From Patescibacteria group bacterium (GTDB lineage Bacteria > Patescibacteriota > Patescibacteriia > UBA11705 > DATKZF01): DNA of 64,000 nucleotides. Under the pieces are notes generated by a model that was not told the origin of the DNA, did no database searches, and was given only the letters and a program-made list of their open reading frames with translations. The stretch spans positions 114,002-178,001 of the forward strand of contig JBMORT010000002.1 of the NCBI GenBank assembly GCA_049319825.1, in the 5' to 3' direction. The translations under genes were made by a program, and so were the position numbers. Positions within the stretch are counted from its first letter, which is position 1, and every line of letters starts with the position of its first letter. Shown one piece after another: positions 1 to 9,169 of the stretch.

Positions 1-28
1 CAGCAAGGAAAAACGCAATAAGCAGGGA

Positions 29-418
29 TTGTTTATAAAAACGATTAATTTCTTTTTAAAACCGCAATTTTTAAAATATTCATTGGCCATGTTCGTCACC
101 GCCGCTCTATTGTTTTATATCGGTTGGGGAATCAATCGAATTTTCACGCCGCCCGCCCTGAAAATATTTGAACCGGCGGACAGCCTGATCACGACAGAGC
201 GTCATGTGAATGTTCGGGGAGAAACGGAAAAAGAGGTCTTGCTGACCATCAATGGTCAGGAGATCATCAGTGATCAGCACGGAGTATTTGAGAGTCCGCT
301 CGATTTGCAAAAAGGATTGAATATTATTAAAATATCAGCGCAGAAAAAGCACAGCCGTGAAAACATAAAATACCTGCAGATAATCGTCGAAGAGACTGCG
401 AACGTCTCAAAAAATTAA
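29..418 (+). CDS. hypothetical protein with N-terminal transmembrane segment
   Basis: ORF of 129 aa with a hydrophobic N-terminus (FVTAALLFYIGWGI). No recognisable motif. Start uncertain; an alternative Met lies at nt 89. Confidence 0.35.
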   Translation: MFIKTINFFLKPQFLKYSLAMFVTAALLFYIGWGINRIFTPPALKIFEPADSLITTERHVNVRGETEKEVLLTINGQEIISDQHGVFESPLDLQKGLNIIKISAQKKHSRENIKYLQIIVEETANVSKN

Positions 419-495
419 ATAATTTGGGTTTTTGATCATATTGAAAATTAATATCAAAGAAATCTTTCCATGCTTAAGATTTTTTTATTGTTCAT

Positions 496-1509
496 ATGGG
501 AAAAGACGTTGAAGTAAAAGAAAAAAATTTAGCCGCGGAGCAGGCCATCAGCCAAATTAAGGAAAAGTTCGGTGACGGTTCAATTATGCTCTTGGGAGAG
601 GCCAAGACCATGAATGTGGAGGCGATTCCCACCGGCTGTTTGTCGCTGGACATCGCCTTGGGGGTTGGCGGTGTGCCGCGTGGGCGCATTATCGAAATAT
701 TCGGTCCGGAAATGTCCGGAAAAACCACATTGGCTCAGCACATTGTTGCCGAGATTCAAAAAATCGGTGGCATTGCCGCATTCATTGACGCGGAACACGC
801 GCTTGATCCGGACTATGCCAGAAAGATCGGCATTAATATCAACGACTTACTGATTTCTCAGCCGGATACCGGCGAGCAGGCGTTGGAAATAGTCGAAACC
901 CTGGTCCGCTCAAACGCCATCGATGTTATTGTCGTTGATTCGGTCGCCGCGTTGACGCCAAAAGCCGAAATCGAAGGCGAGATGGGCGATCAACACATGG
1001 GGCTGCAAGCCAGATTGATGAGTCAGGCGCTGCGAAAATTGGCGGGATTGATTTCCAAAAGCAAAACCACGGTAATATTTATCAATCAAATCCGTCAAAA
1101 GATCGGGGTATTTTTCGGCAATCCCGAGACGACCACCGGCGGCAACGCGCTGAAGTTTTATTCATCCGTCAGAATCGAAGTGCGACGTTCGGCTCAGATC
1201 AAGCAAGCCGAACAAGTTATCGGCAATCGGGTTAAGGTAAAAATCGTCAAAAATAAAGTTGCCGCGCCGTTTAAAACCACTGAATTCGACATCATGTACA
1301 ATGAAGGCATCTCTTTATCCGGCGATCTGCTGGATACCGGCATTGTCCACAAAGTAATATCCAAGTCGGGGAATTCTTACGGTTATGGAGAAGAAAAACT
1401 GGGGGTTGGTCGAGAAAACGCCAAGAAATATTTGAAAGATAATCCGAAATTAATGAAGAAAATCAGAAAAGAAATCTGGGATGCGGCTAAGGGCGGAGTT
1501 GTTGAATAA
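496..1509 (+). CDS. recA: recombinase RecA
   Basis: Walker [10 protein letters not shown]. Conserved RecA blocks are present ([44 protein letters not shown]). Confidence 0.95.
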   Translation: MGKDVEVKEKNLAAEQAISQIKEKFGDGSIMLLGEAKTMNVEAIPTGCLSLDIALGVGGVPRGRIIEIFGPEMSGKTTLAQHIVAEIQKIGGIAAFIDAEHALDPDYARKIGININDLLISQPDTGEQALEIVETLVRSNAIDVIVVDSVAALTPKAEIEGEMGDQHMGLQARLMSQALRKLAGLISKSKTTVIFINQIRQKIGVFFGNPETTTGGNALKFYSSVRIEVRRSAQIKQAEQVIGNRVKVKIVKNKVAAPFKTTEFDIMYNEGISLSGDLLDTGIVHKVISKSGNSYGYGEEKLGVGRENAKKYLKDNPKLMKKIRKEIWDAAKGGVVE

Positions 1510-1522
1510 AAAATGATATTAA

Positions 1523-1549
1523 GGACCGCTGAGCGTCCTTTTTATTTTT
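1523..1549 (+). terminator. rho-independent terminator after recA
   Basis: Hairpin GGACCGC-TGA-GCGTCC followed by TTTTTATTTTT. Confidence 0.6.
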
Positions 1550-1586
1550 AAAATTTGGTATTATAATTGCTTTGAGGAGGCAGAAC

Positions 1587-1871
1587 GTGAAAAGAACGAT
1601 CATCGCCATCGAGCTCCCGGATCGGGGGCTGGAGCTTTTTGAAAATTTGCGGCAGTTATTTCAACGTCTATGCCGCGTTCCCATTGACGATAGAATTATC
1701 GTCAGGTGCGCTTTTAGATTTTTACATGAGCTGGTGATTTTACTGGATCCCGGGAAAAGGTATGTGATAAAAATCTATGAAAGAAACGGTCCGCTGGTCG
1801 GCCAGCTGGAATTCAATCCGCCTCGACCGAATTTGAAATTGGTAGGTGATGATCAAACAATTCAAACCTGA
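1587..1871 (+). CDS. small hypothetical protein (about 94 aa), own transcription unit
   Basis: GTG start 6 nt after GGAGG. TATAAT at 1562-1567. Hairpin terminator CCTGAGAAAACGATCTCAGG plus T-run at 1867-1893. No family recognised. Confidence 0.45.
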   Translation: MKRTIIAIELPDRGLELFENLRQLFQRLCRVPIDDRIIVRCAFRFLHELVILLDPGKRYVIKIYERNGPLVGQLEFNPPRPNLKLVGDDQTIQT

Positions 1872-2053
1872 GAAAACGATCTCAGGTTTTTCTTTACTTT
1901 TTAAAGCGGGCGTGGGAGAATGATTAATAAGTGAGTTTACAAGATTACTAGATCTTGCGTACAAGATTTACAAGATGCCATGTTGAAAATTTTGTATATC
2001 TTGCAATCTGTATGATCTCGCATATTGATTTGTAATCATGTAGCTTCAAATTT

Positions 2054-3070
2054 ATGAAAATATTAGCCATCGAATCATCCTGCGACGAGACAGCGGCCTC
2101 GGTTGTTGAAGTTAAGGCCGGCAAATTCATCGCTTTATCCAATGTCGTTTCATCTCAAATAAAAACTCACGCAAAATACGGCGGTGTGGTGCCGGAAGTC
2201 GCGGCTCGGCTGCATGTTGAAAAAATCATTCCCATTATCGATAAGGCCCTGGATGATTCAAAGACAATAATTAAAGATCTGAAGGCGATAGCCGTTGTTT
2301 CCGGCCCCGGTCTGGCGCCGTCGCTTCGAGTCGGCGTGGAAACCGTCAAGACTTTGGCCTATGCTTGGGATACGCCGTTGATTCAGGTTAATCATATCGA
2401 AGGACATATCGCGGCCGCGCTGCTTGGCGGCGGAAAAGTGAAGCTGCCGGCGGTTTGTTTGGTTGTTTCCGGCGGGCATACCAGTTTGATTGATGTTAAA
2501 GACTGGGGAAAATATAAATTGATTGGCCAAACCAGAGACGACGCGGTCGGCGAATCATTTGATAAGGTGGCCAAGATTATGGGCTTGGGCTACCCGGGCG
2601 GACCGATCATATCCAAGCTGGCTGAAAATGCCAAGCCCGGCAAATTTAAACTGCCCCGGCCAATGATTAATTCCCATGACTTTGATTTTAGTTTTTCAGG
2701 CATCAAAACTGCTGTTTTATATTTGTATAAATCTAGAAAAAATTGGACAAGCAAATCCAAAGCGGATTTGGCGCGCGAATTTGAGGACGCGGTGGTCGAA
2801 GTTTTAGTGAAAAAGACTTTTGACGCCATCGCCAAGTACAAGCCAAAGAGTTTTATTCTCGGCGGCGGCGTTTCCGCTAACAAGAAACTGAGACAAGAGC
2901 TGGAAAAAAAGGGTAGCGGGATTAAAGGGCTGGAGATGCGCATTCCTTCACTCGAATTCACCACGGACAATGCGGCCATGATCGGCGCGGCAGCGTATTT
3001 TCATTATAAAGAGAAGGATTTTGCAGATAAATTTCATTTAGTCGCTGATCCCGGTTGGCATATTGTATAA
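2054..3070 (+). CDS. tsaD: tRNA N6-adenosine threonylcarbamoyltransferase TsaD (Kae1/Gcp family)
   Basis: 338 aa; ILAIESSCDET start, HIEGHI and GGVSANKKLR motifs typical of TsaD. Confidence 0.9.
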   Translation: MKILAIESSCDETAASVVEVKAGKFIALSNVVSSQIKTHAKYGGVVPEVAARLHVEKIIPIIDKALDDSKTIIKDLKAIAVVSGPGLAPSLRVGVETVKTLAYAWDTPLIQVNHIEGHIAAALLGGGKVKLPAVCLVVSGGHTSLIDVKDWGKYKLIGQTRDDAVGESFDKVAKIMGLGYPGGPIISKLAENAKPGKFKLPRPMINSHDFDFSFSGIKTAVLYLYKSRKNWTSKSKADLAREFEDAVVEVLVKKTFDAIAKYKPKSFILGGGVSANKKLRQELEKKGSGIKGLEMRIPSLEFTTDNAAMIGAAAYFHYKEKDFADKFHLVADPGWHIV

Positions 3071-3130
3071 TCCGAATACCCCGAATATCTATTCGAATCC
3101 CCCAAATGCCCCGAATAAAATAAAAACTTT

Positions 3131-3561
3131 ATGACCAAAATTATCCATGAAGAATTATCATATGAAATAACTGGACTTTTATATAAGACCCAAAATGATT
3201 TGGGACGATTAAGAAATGAAAAGCAATATGGTGATTATTTAAAAAATTACTAAATGAAAAGGAGATTAATTATAAGAGAGAACATCGATTTACTGATGTG
3301 CGAAATGGAGGAAAAGTCGCTAGAGGTATTTGCGATTTCATTGTTGGCGGAAAAATACTCTTGGAATTTAAAACAAAAGATTTCATTGATAAGGAAGATT
3401 ATTATCAAGCTCAGCGGCATTTGGCAACCTTGAATTTGGAACTAGGGATCATTGTCAATTTTAGACAAAAACGATTAGTACCCAAAAGAGTATTAAACAG
3501 CGAATATCAATCCGATAATATTCGTGGTATTCGTGTCGGTCATTCGGGTCATTCGGATTAA
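3131..3561 (+). pseudogene. GxxExxY-family (PD-(D/E)XK-like) gene, frameshifted
   Basis: The N-terminal part is in frame 2 (MTKIIHEELSYEITGLLYKTQNDLG...) and stops at 3251. The C-terminal part continues in frame 1 (…VRNGGKVARGICDFIVGGKILLEFKTKD…QAQRHLATLNLELGIIVNF), which matches the conserved core of GxxExxY proteins. At least one frameshift lies near 3200-3250. Confidence 0.55.
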
Positions 3562-3566
3562 ACATT

Positions 3567-4013
3567 ATGAAAAAAGAATTTATTACTACCTCAGAACAAG
3601 AAACCATGCAAGCGGCCCGCGACTTCGCCAAAACGCTCAAAGGCGGGGAAGTGGTTTTATTGACCGGCGAGCTGGGCGCGGGCAAAACCGTTTTCGTCAA
3701 AGCGGTAGCAGCGGAGCTTGGAGTTTTAAGGACCGTGACCAGCCCGACTTTTGTATTGATGCAGACTTACAGCACTGCGAATAAAAAAATTAAAAATCTG
3801 TGCCACGTGGACGCCTATCGGATTGATTCTTTCCAAGATTTTCAATCAGCCGGTCTGGACGAATATTTATATCGAAAAGACACGGTATGCTTTATTGAAT
3901 GGGGTGAAAAAATAAAAAAGATGCTGAAAGACTATGTCCGAATCAATATAAAAATTGAAAAAAACAATCGAAAAATTTCAATTCAAAACTATGAAAGAAA
4001 AAAATCAACGTGA
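3567..4013 (+). CDS. tsaE: tRNA threonylcarbamoyladenosine biosynthesis protein TsaE (YjeE)
   Basis: P-loop GELGAGKT. Size about 148 aa. Adjacent to tsaD. Confidence 0.85.
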   Translation: MKKEFITTSEQETMQAARDFAKTLKGGEVVLLTGELGAGKTVFVKAVAAELGVLRTVTSPTFVLMQTYSTANKKIKNLCHVDAYRIDSFQDFQSAGLDEYLYRKDTVCFIEWGEKIKKMLKDYVRINIKIEKNNRKISIQNYERKKST

Positions 4014-4668
4014 GTTGGCATATTGGCACAATCAAAAAGGAGGAGAATTCGATCCGGAAACCGGGGTAATTTTTGAGCCCGGGACAGAAGAATATAATAA
4101 GTGGCTGGAATTTTATGATTATATAAAACTGCTCGGGAAAAGTAAAATCGAGCAGACTCCAAATTACGAAAAAATTCATCAATTCCTTGAACAAATTGAT
4201 CGGACGCAAGTAATTGGAGACTCCGCTGACAATAAAAAGCATCAACAAATATTACAAAAACAAAAGCAGACCGCAAAAAAAATGATTGATGACTCGATTG
4301 CCAAAGCAATCAAATATATTGAGATTGTTCTATCTCAGGAAGGGAACATAAGAAAATACGGGAGATCGAGCATAAAGGAAATTGAGACTTCAGAGCTGCG
4401 AAGACGCGCGGCTCACGACGCGTTAATTAGTTCTTTAACCATTGCCAATCGCTATATTTATCAACATTTTGGACAATTAACCCCCGAACAGCTGGATGAG
4501 TTTCAAGACCGTGAAGAAGCCGCCGGCAGAGAATTCATTGAAATAGATCGAATCGACATTCCGGAGATGACTTTTTTGACTGCGGATGTAAATTTGGCAA
4601 ATCGCCAATCCGTTGCCCTGTGGGCATATAATTTATTGAGAGAAATAAGGTTTAAAGAGGCCGCATAA
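3991..4668 (+). CDS. hypothetical protein (coiled-coil rich)
   Basis: Long ORF with no recognisable motif. Start ambiguous (TTG 3955 or ATG 3991); overlaps the tsaE 3' end. Confidence 0.4.
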   Translation: MKEKNQRELAYWHNQKGGEFDPETGVIFEPGTEEYNKWLEFYDYIKLLGKSKIEQTPNYEKIHQFLEQIDRTQVIGDSADNKKHQQILQKQKQTAKKMIDDSIAKAIKYIEIVLSQEGNIRKYGRSSIKEIETSELRRRAAHDALISSLTIANRYIYQHFGQLTPEQLDEFQDREEAAGREFIEIDRIDIPEMTFLTADVNLANRQSVALWAYNLLREIRFKEAA

Positions 4669-4699
4669 AAAAGAAGGATAGCGAGATCCTTCTTTGGTA

Positions 4700-4945
4700 T
4701 TACAGCTTGCGTTTCGCCTCTTGGAGGCAAAAGTCAATGGTTAATCTCAGCAGCGCTGACAACGGTTCGATTTTAACGTATTGGGAAAGCTCTGTTAGTG
4801 CCCTGTCCAGCTCCTTGTCCAGCCGAGGCGTTGACTGGCCGATCAGGTTGTTTTTCCCGATTTGAAAAAATAATCTGAACACGCGTAAGATAAATGGTCT
4901 TGATCGATGTTTCTCGAAGTACGGTCTGAGACTTTCGGCGTTCAT
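4700..4945 (-). CDS. small hypothetical protein (81 aa)
   Basis: ATG preceded by AGGAGG at 4954-4959 (minus strand). Own TTGACA-17-TATAGT promoter at about 4975-5010 (minus). Sits between pilB and this ORF, downstream of the pilB terminator. Confidence 0.45.
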   Translation of the reverse strand: MNAESLRPYFEKHRSRPFILRVFRLFFQIGKNNLIGQSTPRLDKELDRALTELSQYVKIEPLSALLRLTIDFCLQEAKRKL

Positions 4946-5054
4946 AACCAATCCTCCTGCTGCGTTTCCAATTACTATAATATTTTTTAATTCTTTTGTC
5001 AAGGGTCAATAAAAAACTGCCCGCAGCGGGCAGTTTGTATTTATTTGTTGCTTA

Positions 5055-6794
5055 TTAATCGCTTACCCGGAACACTTCCTCGATTGTGGTGAGGCCCTCG
5101 GCCGCCTTAAGCAGTCCGTCCTGCACCATGGTCAGCATGCCGTTTTTGGCCGCCACTTCCAATAATGTGTATTCAGTCGCCTGGTTATTTAGGATCAGTT
5201 GCTCGATTTCCTTATTCATTATCATGATTTCATAAATGCCGACTCGGCCTTTGTATTTCAGTCCATTACACTTGGGACAGCCTTTCCCCATATAAAATTT
5301 CAAATTATCCAGATCCTTTGGACGCTGCGGATTATCTTTGGGGATTCGATCCAGTGTTTCTTTGACCCGCTCCAATGTTTTTTTATCCGGTACATATTCT
5401 TCTTTGCAATCGGAGCAGACTTTTCTAACCAGTCGCTGGCCGATAATGGCGTTCAATGCCGGCGCCAGCAGAAAACCTTTCGCCCCCAGTGCCAAAAATC
5501 TGGGTATGGCGCCGGACGCGCTATTGGTATGAATGGTTGATAACACCAAATGTCCGGTTAACGCCGCGTTAATGGCAATATCGGCTGTTTCGCCGTCCCT
5601 GATTTCACCGACCATAATAATGTCCGGATCCTGGCGCATTAGCGACCGCAGTCCGTCGGCGAATGAATAATCGCGCGAAGGATCAATTTGGCTTTGATTA
5701 ACACCGGCCAGTTCGTATTCGATCGGATCTTCCAGCGTCATGATTTTAACTTCGGGATTATTAAGTTTGTTCAGAATGGCGTAGAGAGTGGTGGTTTTGC
5801 CCGATCCGGTCGGACCGGTGGTGATAATCATGCCGTTCGGCCGCTGGATTTCCGTTTTTAATTTTTCAAAAGCATGGCCACCCAAACCCAAATCTTCGAA
5901 TTTTAAACTGACGGCGCCGGATCGCAGCAGTCGCATCACCACGCTTTCGCCGTATTGCACCGGCAAAAACGACGCGCGGACATCGATGCGCTCGGCCGCG
6001 GTTTGGATGCGAAACCGGCCATCCTGTGGCTGATCGGTCACATTTAGTTTGACCTTGGCCAATAGTTTTAACCGGGAAATAATTTTCGGCCAATCTGATT
6101 TTTTCAGCTCGGCCACGTCATTTAAAATGCCGTCCAGCCTAAATCTGACTTTGATTATTTTTTCTTCGGCTTCGATATGAATATCGGACGCCTTGGTTTG
6201 CAGGGCCGCGGCCACGATTAAGGCCACCATTTCGGTCAGATTGGTTTCTTCAATCATCGATTGCAGGCTGGCGACGCCTTGGTAGTTTTTCTGAAATTTT
6301 TCCAGATCGTTTGCCGAAATTTCGACTCCTTTGGGCGCCGGTTTTATTTTCGGCATTTTTTTATAAAGGCCAAGCGCTGTTTTCAGGCTGTGATCATCAG
6401 TCAGATAAATTTCGACATGCGCTTTAAATCGTTCGGCGATCTGAAACGCCAATTCTTTTATGGCCGGGCTTTCGGGCTGGGTGGCGGCGATGCGTATTTC
6501 CTGTCCGATTTCCAGAAACGGCACCACGGACAGTTCAGCGGCCTGGGATTCGTCAATTATTTTTAAAGCCTCGGAGCTAATCGGAAAATCGGTCAAATCA
6601 ATAAACGGAATTCCTTTTTGTTGCGCGGAAGTTTGCGCCTTTTCTCTTTCCTCTTTCACTTGAATGGACTGCATCTTTTCCGCTAATGCTTCCTGAGCTC
6701 GTTTTGTTCCTGCGGCTGCTTGACCCGGGGTTGATTTTTTTAGCACTGATGGATCTTTAAGCAAATCCTCGATTGATTGGGCGCCGGTTGACAT
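5055..6794 (-). CDS. pilB: type IV pilus / type II secretion assembly ATPase (PilB/GspE family)
   Basis: Walker A GPTGSGKTTT. C-terminal tetracysteine CSDC…CPKCNG. 579 aa, typical GspE architecture. Confidence 0.85.
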   Translation of the reverse strand: MSTGAQSIEDLLKDPSVLKKSTPGQAAAGTKRAQEALAEKMQSIQVKEEREKAQTSAQQKGIPFIDLTDFPISSEALKIIDESQAAELSVVPFLEIGQEIRIAATQPESPAIKELAFQIAERFKAHVEIYLTDDHSLKTALGLYKKMPKIKPAPKGVEISANDLEKFQKNYQGVASLQSMIEETNLTEMVALIVAAALQTKASDIHIEAEEKIIKVRFRLDGILNDVAELKKSDWPKIISRLKLLAKVKLNVTDQPQDGRFRIQTAAERIDVRASFLPVQYGESVVMRLLRSGAVSLKFEDLGLGGHAFEKLKTEIQRPNGMIITTGPTGSGKTTTLYAILNKLNNPEVKIMTLEDPIEYELAGVNQSQIDPSRDYSFADGLRSLMRQDPDIIMVGEIRDGETADIAINAALTGHLVLSTIHTNSASGAIPRFLALGAKGFLLAPALNAIIGQRLVRKVCSDCKEEYVPDKKTLERVKETLDRIPKDNPQRPKDLDNLKFYMGKGCPKCNGLKYKGRVGIYEIMIMNKEIEQLILNNQATEYTLLEVAAKNGMLTMVQDGLLKAAEGLTTIEEVFRVSD

Positions 6795-6991
6795 AGAAGT
6801 AATATTTTAGTTGACAGATGAAAGTTGCCTGTTAGATGAACGCAATGAAGAGCGTTTTTGGTCGTCTGACTGCGGTGGCAATTCCGCGATATTCGATTTC
6901 TTGCCTTTATGATACTATTTTTTCAAAAATTTGACAATTATTTCTCAAAAAATTAAAATATACATACTTAAATAATCTAAACATAAAAGCA

Positions 6992-7918
6992 ATGAAGAGG
7001 AATTTAACCTCGATTTGCCGGAAGAAAAATATGCCCAGAAAAAAAATAACGCCCAGCGAAGAAACAAAACCGACCCCGGCGCCCGTCGCGGCCAGCACCG
7101 CCGTTTCCGCCAAAAAAAAATCATTAGTTAAGCATCCGGCCATCCCTGGCTGGTTCATTGCCGGTATTTTGCTTATCGCCGTGGTGGCGATGTTCGTGTA
7201 CGCGCAAAAAAGCATCAGCAAGGTTCAGGATGAAAAGAACGAAGTCGAAGGGCAGACTCGCGTGCTGAAGAGCACGGTCACCAATTTGCAAGCCGAACTG
7301 AGCGATCTAAATCAAAAAACGGAAGACTTGCAGGCGACATCGCAAAAAAGCAAAGAGTTTTTCTTTAATCAGGAAATAATTAAAAGAAAAATTCCGGATT
7401 CGGTGGACACCAAGGATTGGCAGCTGTACAAGGATGACGACTGGACGATGGAAATGCGTTTTCCTAAAAATTGGCAGATTTCTAAAAGCGCCGATCAATC
7501 TCAGCCGGCTTCGGGCGACGCCAAAGCCGTGGCCAGAAAGAGCATAGCGCTCGAGCCGATTGGCGTATCCGAATTTGTCAGATCGCTGCAAATCATGCCC
7601 TATGATTTTGGCCAAAGATTTTCGGTTGAAGAAAAAGTCAAAGCGTTCGAATCAAAGGGAATTCTGGACAATCAAAATTTCAATGGCGGCAAATTGGTAT
7701 ATTTCGTGGAAAAAGCGGAAAACACCATCGTGCCCACCATCATGATATTATCTGATTTTGGCGATTATAAGGCCATATTCCTGGTAAGCGATATTTATCA
7801 TCGGAATTACTTTGATTATTTGACCGATTTTGAAAATATTTTATCGGCAGTTAAATTGGAAGCCAAACCGGCCGCTCCGGCCGAGACGGCCTCCGGAGAC
7901 GCGACTAAAAATCCATAG
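6992..7918 (+). CDS. hypothetical single-pass membrane protein
   Basis: One TM segment (WFIAGILLIAVVAMFVY) followed by a coiled-coil-like region. TTGACA-17-TAAAAT promoter at 6931-6959. Alternative start at 7031. Confidence 0.45.
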   Translation: MKRNLTSICRKKNMPRKKITPSEETKPTPAPVAASTAVSAKKKSLVKHPAIPGWFIAGILLIAVVAMFVYAQKSISKVQDEKNEVEGQTRVLKSTVTNLQAELSDLNQKTEDLQATSQKSKEFFFNQEIIKRKIPDSVDTKDWQLYKDDDWTMEMRFPKNWQISKSADQSQPASGDAKAVARKSIALEPIGVSEFVRSLQIMPYDFGQRFSVEEKVKAFESKGILDNQNFNGGKLVYFVEKAENTIVPTIMILSDFGDYKAIFLVSDIYHRNYFDYLTDFENILSAVKLEAKPAAPAETASGDATKNP

Positions 7919-7920
7919 GC

Positions 7921-8077
7921 GGAAATTCTAAATTAGAATATCTAAATTCTAAACAAATTCTAATGATTCAATGTTCAAAATTCTAAAATTGTTTCGGATA
8001 TTTGGATTTTGGAAATTTGGTTATTGTTTAGAAATCAGGTGAAACTTTACAATTAGGATTTAGATATTAGAAATTCA
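7921..8077. repeat. AT-rich intergenic element, family A copy (AAATTCTAAAC words with inverted partner)
   Basis: GGAAATTCTAAATTAGAATATCTAAATTCTAAACAAATTCTAA… and downstream inverse TTGTTTAGAAATC…TTAGGATTTAGATATTAGAAATTC. Confidence 0.55.
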
Positions 8078-8083
8078 AGTGTC

Positions 8084-9169
8084 ATGTCTTTCTCAATAGG
8101 CATCGTGGGTTTGCCGAATGTCGGCAAATCTACTCTTTTTAAAGCCTTAACCAAAAAACAAATCGACATTGCCAATTATCCGTTTTGCACCATCGAACCG
8201 AACGTGGGTATCGTCAAGGTGCCGGACGAGCGGTTAGATCAATTGGCGAATTTTTCTCAGTCCGAAAAAGTGATTGCGACCACCATTGATTTTGTGGACA
8301 TTGCCGGATTGGTGAAAGGAGCGCATAAGGGAGAAGGGCTGGGAAATAAATTTTTAGCGAATATACGGGAAGTGGACGCCATCTGCCATGTGGTTAGGAA
8401 TTTTCAAAAGGGAGATATTGTTCATGTGGAGGGGAAAGTCGATCCGGCTGCTGATTTTGAAGTCATCCAGATGGAATTGATTTTCGCCGATCTGGCCACG
8501 ATTGATAAGCATATTTTAACTGTCGAAAAAGGACTGAAGAGCACGAAGCAGGGACAGGGAAAAGAGGAACGCGCCAAGTTGGAATTATTAAAGAAAATAA
8601 AAATTGCTCTTGAAGAGGGCAAACCTGTGAATAAACTGGGATTAACTGAAAAAGAGGCCGAGTTGATTAAAAATCTGAATTTATTGACCGCCAAGCCATA
8701 TATAATCGTTTTAAATGTTGACGAAAGTCAGTTGAAAGAAGATATTCGGATACCCGGATTTGAAAATGAAACAGTGATTAAAATCTGCGCCCAGCTCGAA
8801 GCTGAGCTGGCTGATTTGCCGGAAGCTGAAGTGAAGCAATATCTGTCGGAAATCGGCGAAGAGCATACCGGACTGGATAAAATTATTTTGGCTGCCTATC
8901 AGCTTTTGAATTTGATCACCTATTTTACTTCCGGCCCGAAAGAAACCAGAGCCTGGACGATTACCAAGGGCACGCTGGCGCCGCAGGCGGCCGGCAAGAT
9001 CCACACTGATTTTGAAAGAGGCTTTATTACCGCTGAAGTTATCAATGGGAAAGATTTGCTGGACGCCGGCTCAGAGGCGGCGGCCAAAGAAAAGGGATTG
9101 ATCAGGCTGGAGGGCAAAGAATATGAGATGAAGGATGGTGATGTTTGTGTTTTTAGATTTAATGTTTGA
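8084..9169 (+). CDS. ychF: ribosome-binding ATPase YchF (Obg-family GTPase)
   Basis: G1 motif GLPNVGKST, TGS-like C-terminus. 361 aa. Confidence 0.9.
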   Translation: MSFSIGIVGLPNVGKSTLFKALTKKQIDIANYPFCTIEPNVGIVKVPDERLDQLANFSQSEKVIATTIDFVDIAGLVKGAHKGEGLGNKFLANIREVDAICHVVRNFQKGDIVHVEGKVDPAADFEVIQMELIFADLATIDKHILTVEKGLKSTKQGQGKEERAKLELLKKIKIALEEGKPVNKLGLTEKEAELIKNLNLLTAKPYIIVLNVDESQLKEDIRIPGFENETVIKICAQLEAELADLPEAEVKQYLSEIGEEHTGLDKIILAAYQLLNLITYFTSGPKETRAWTITKGTLAPQAAGKIHTDFERGFITAEVINGKDLLDAGSEAAAKEKGLIRLEGKEYEMKDGDVCVFRFNV

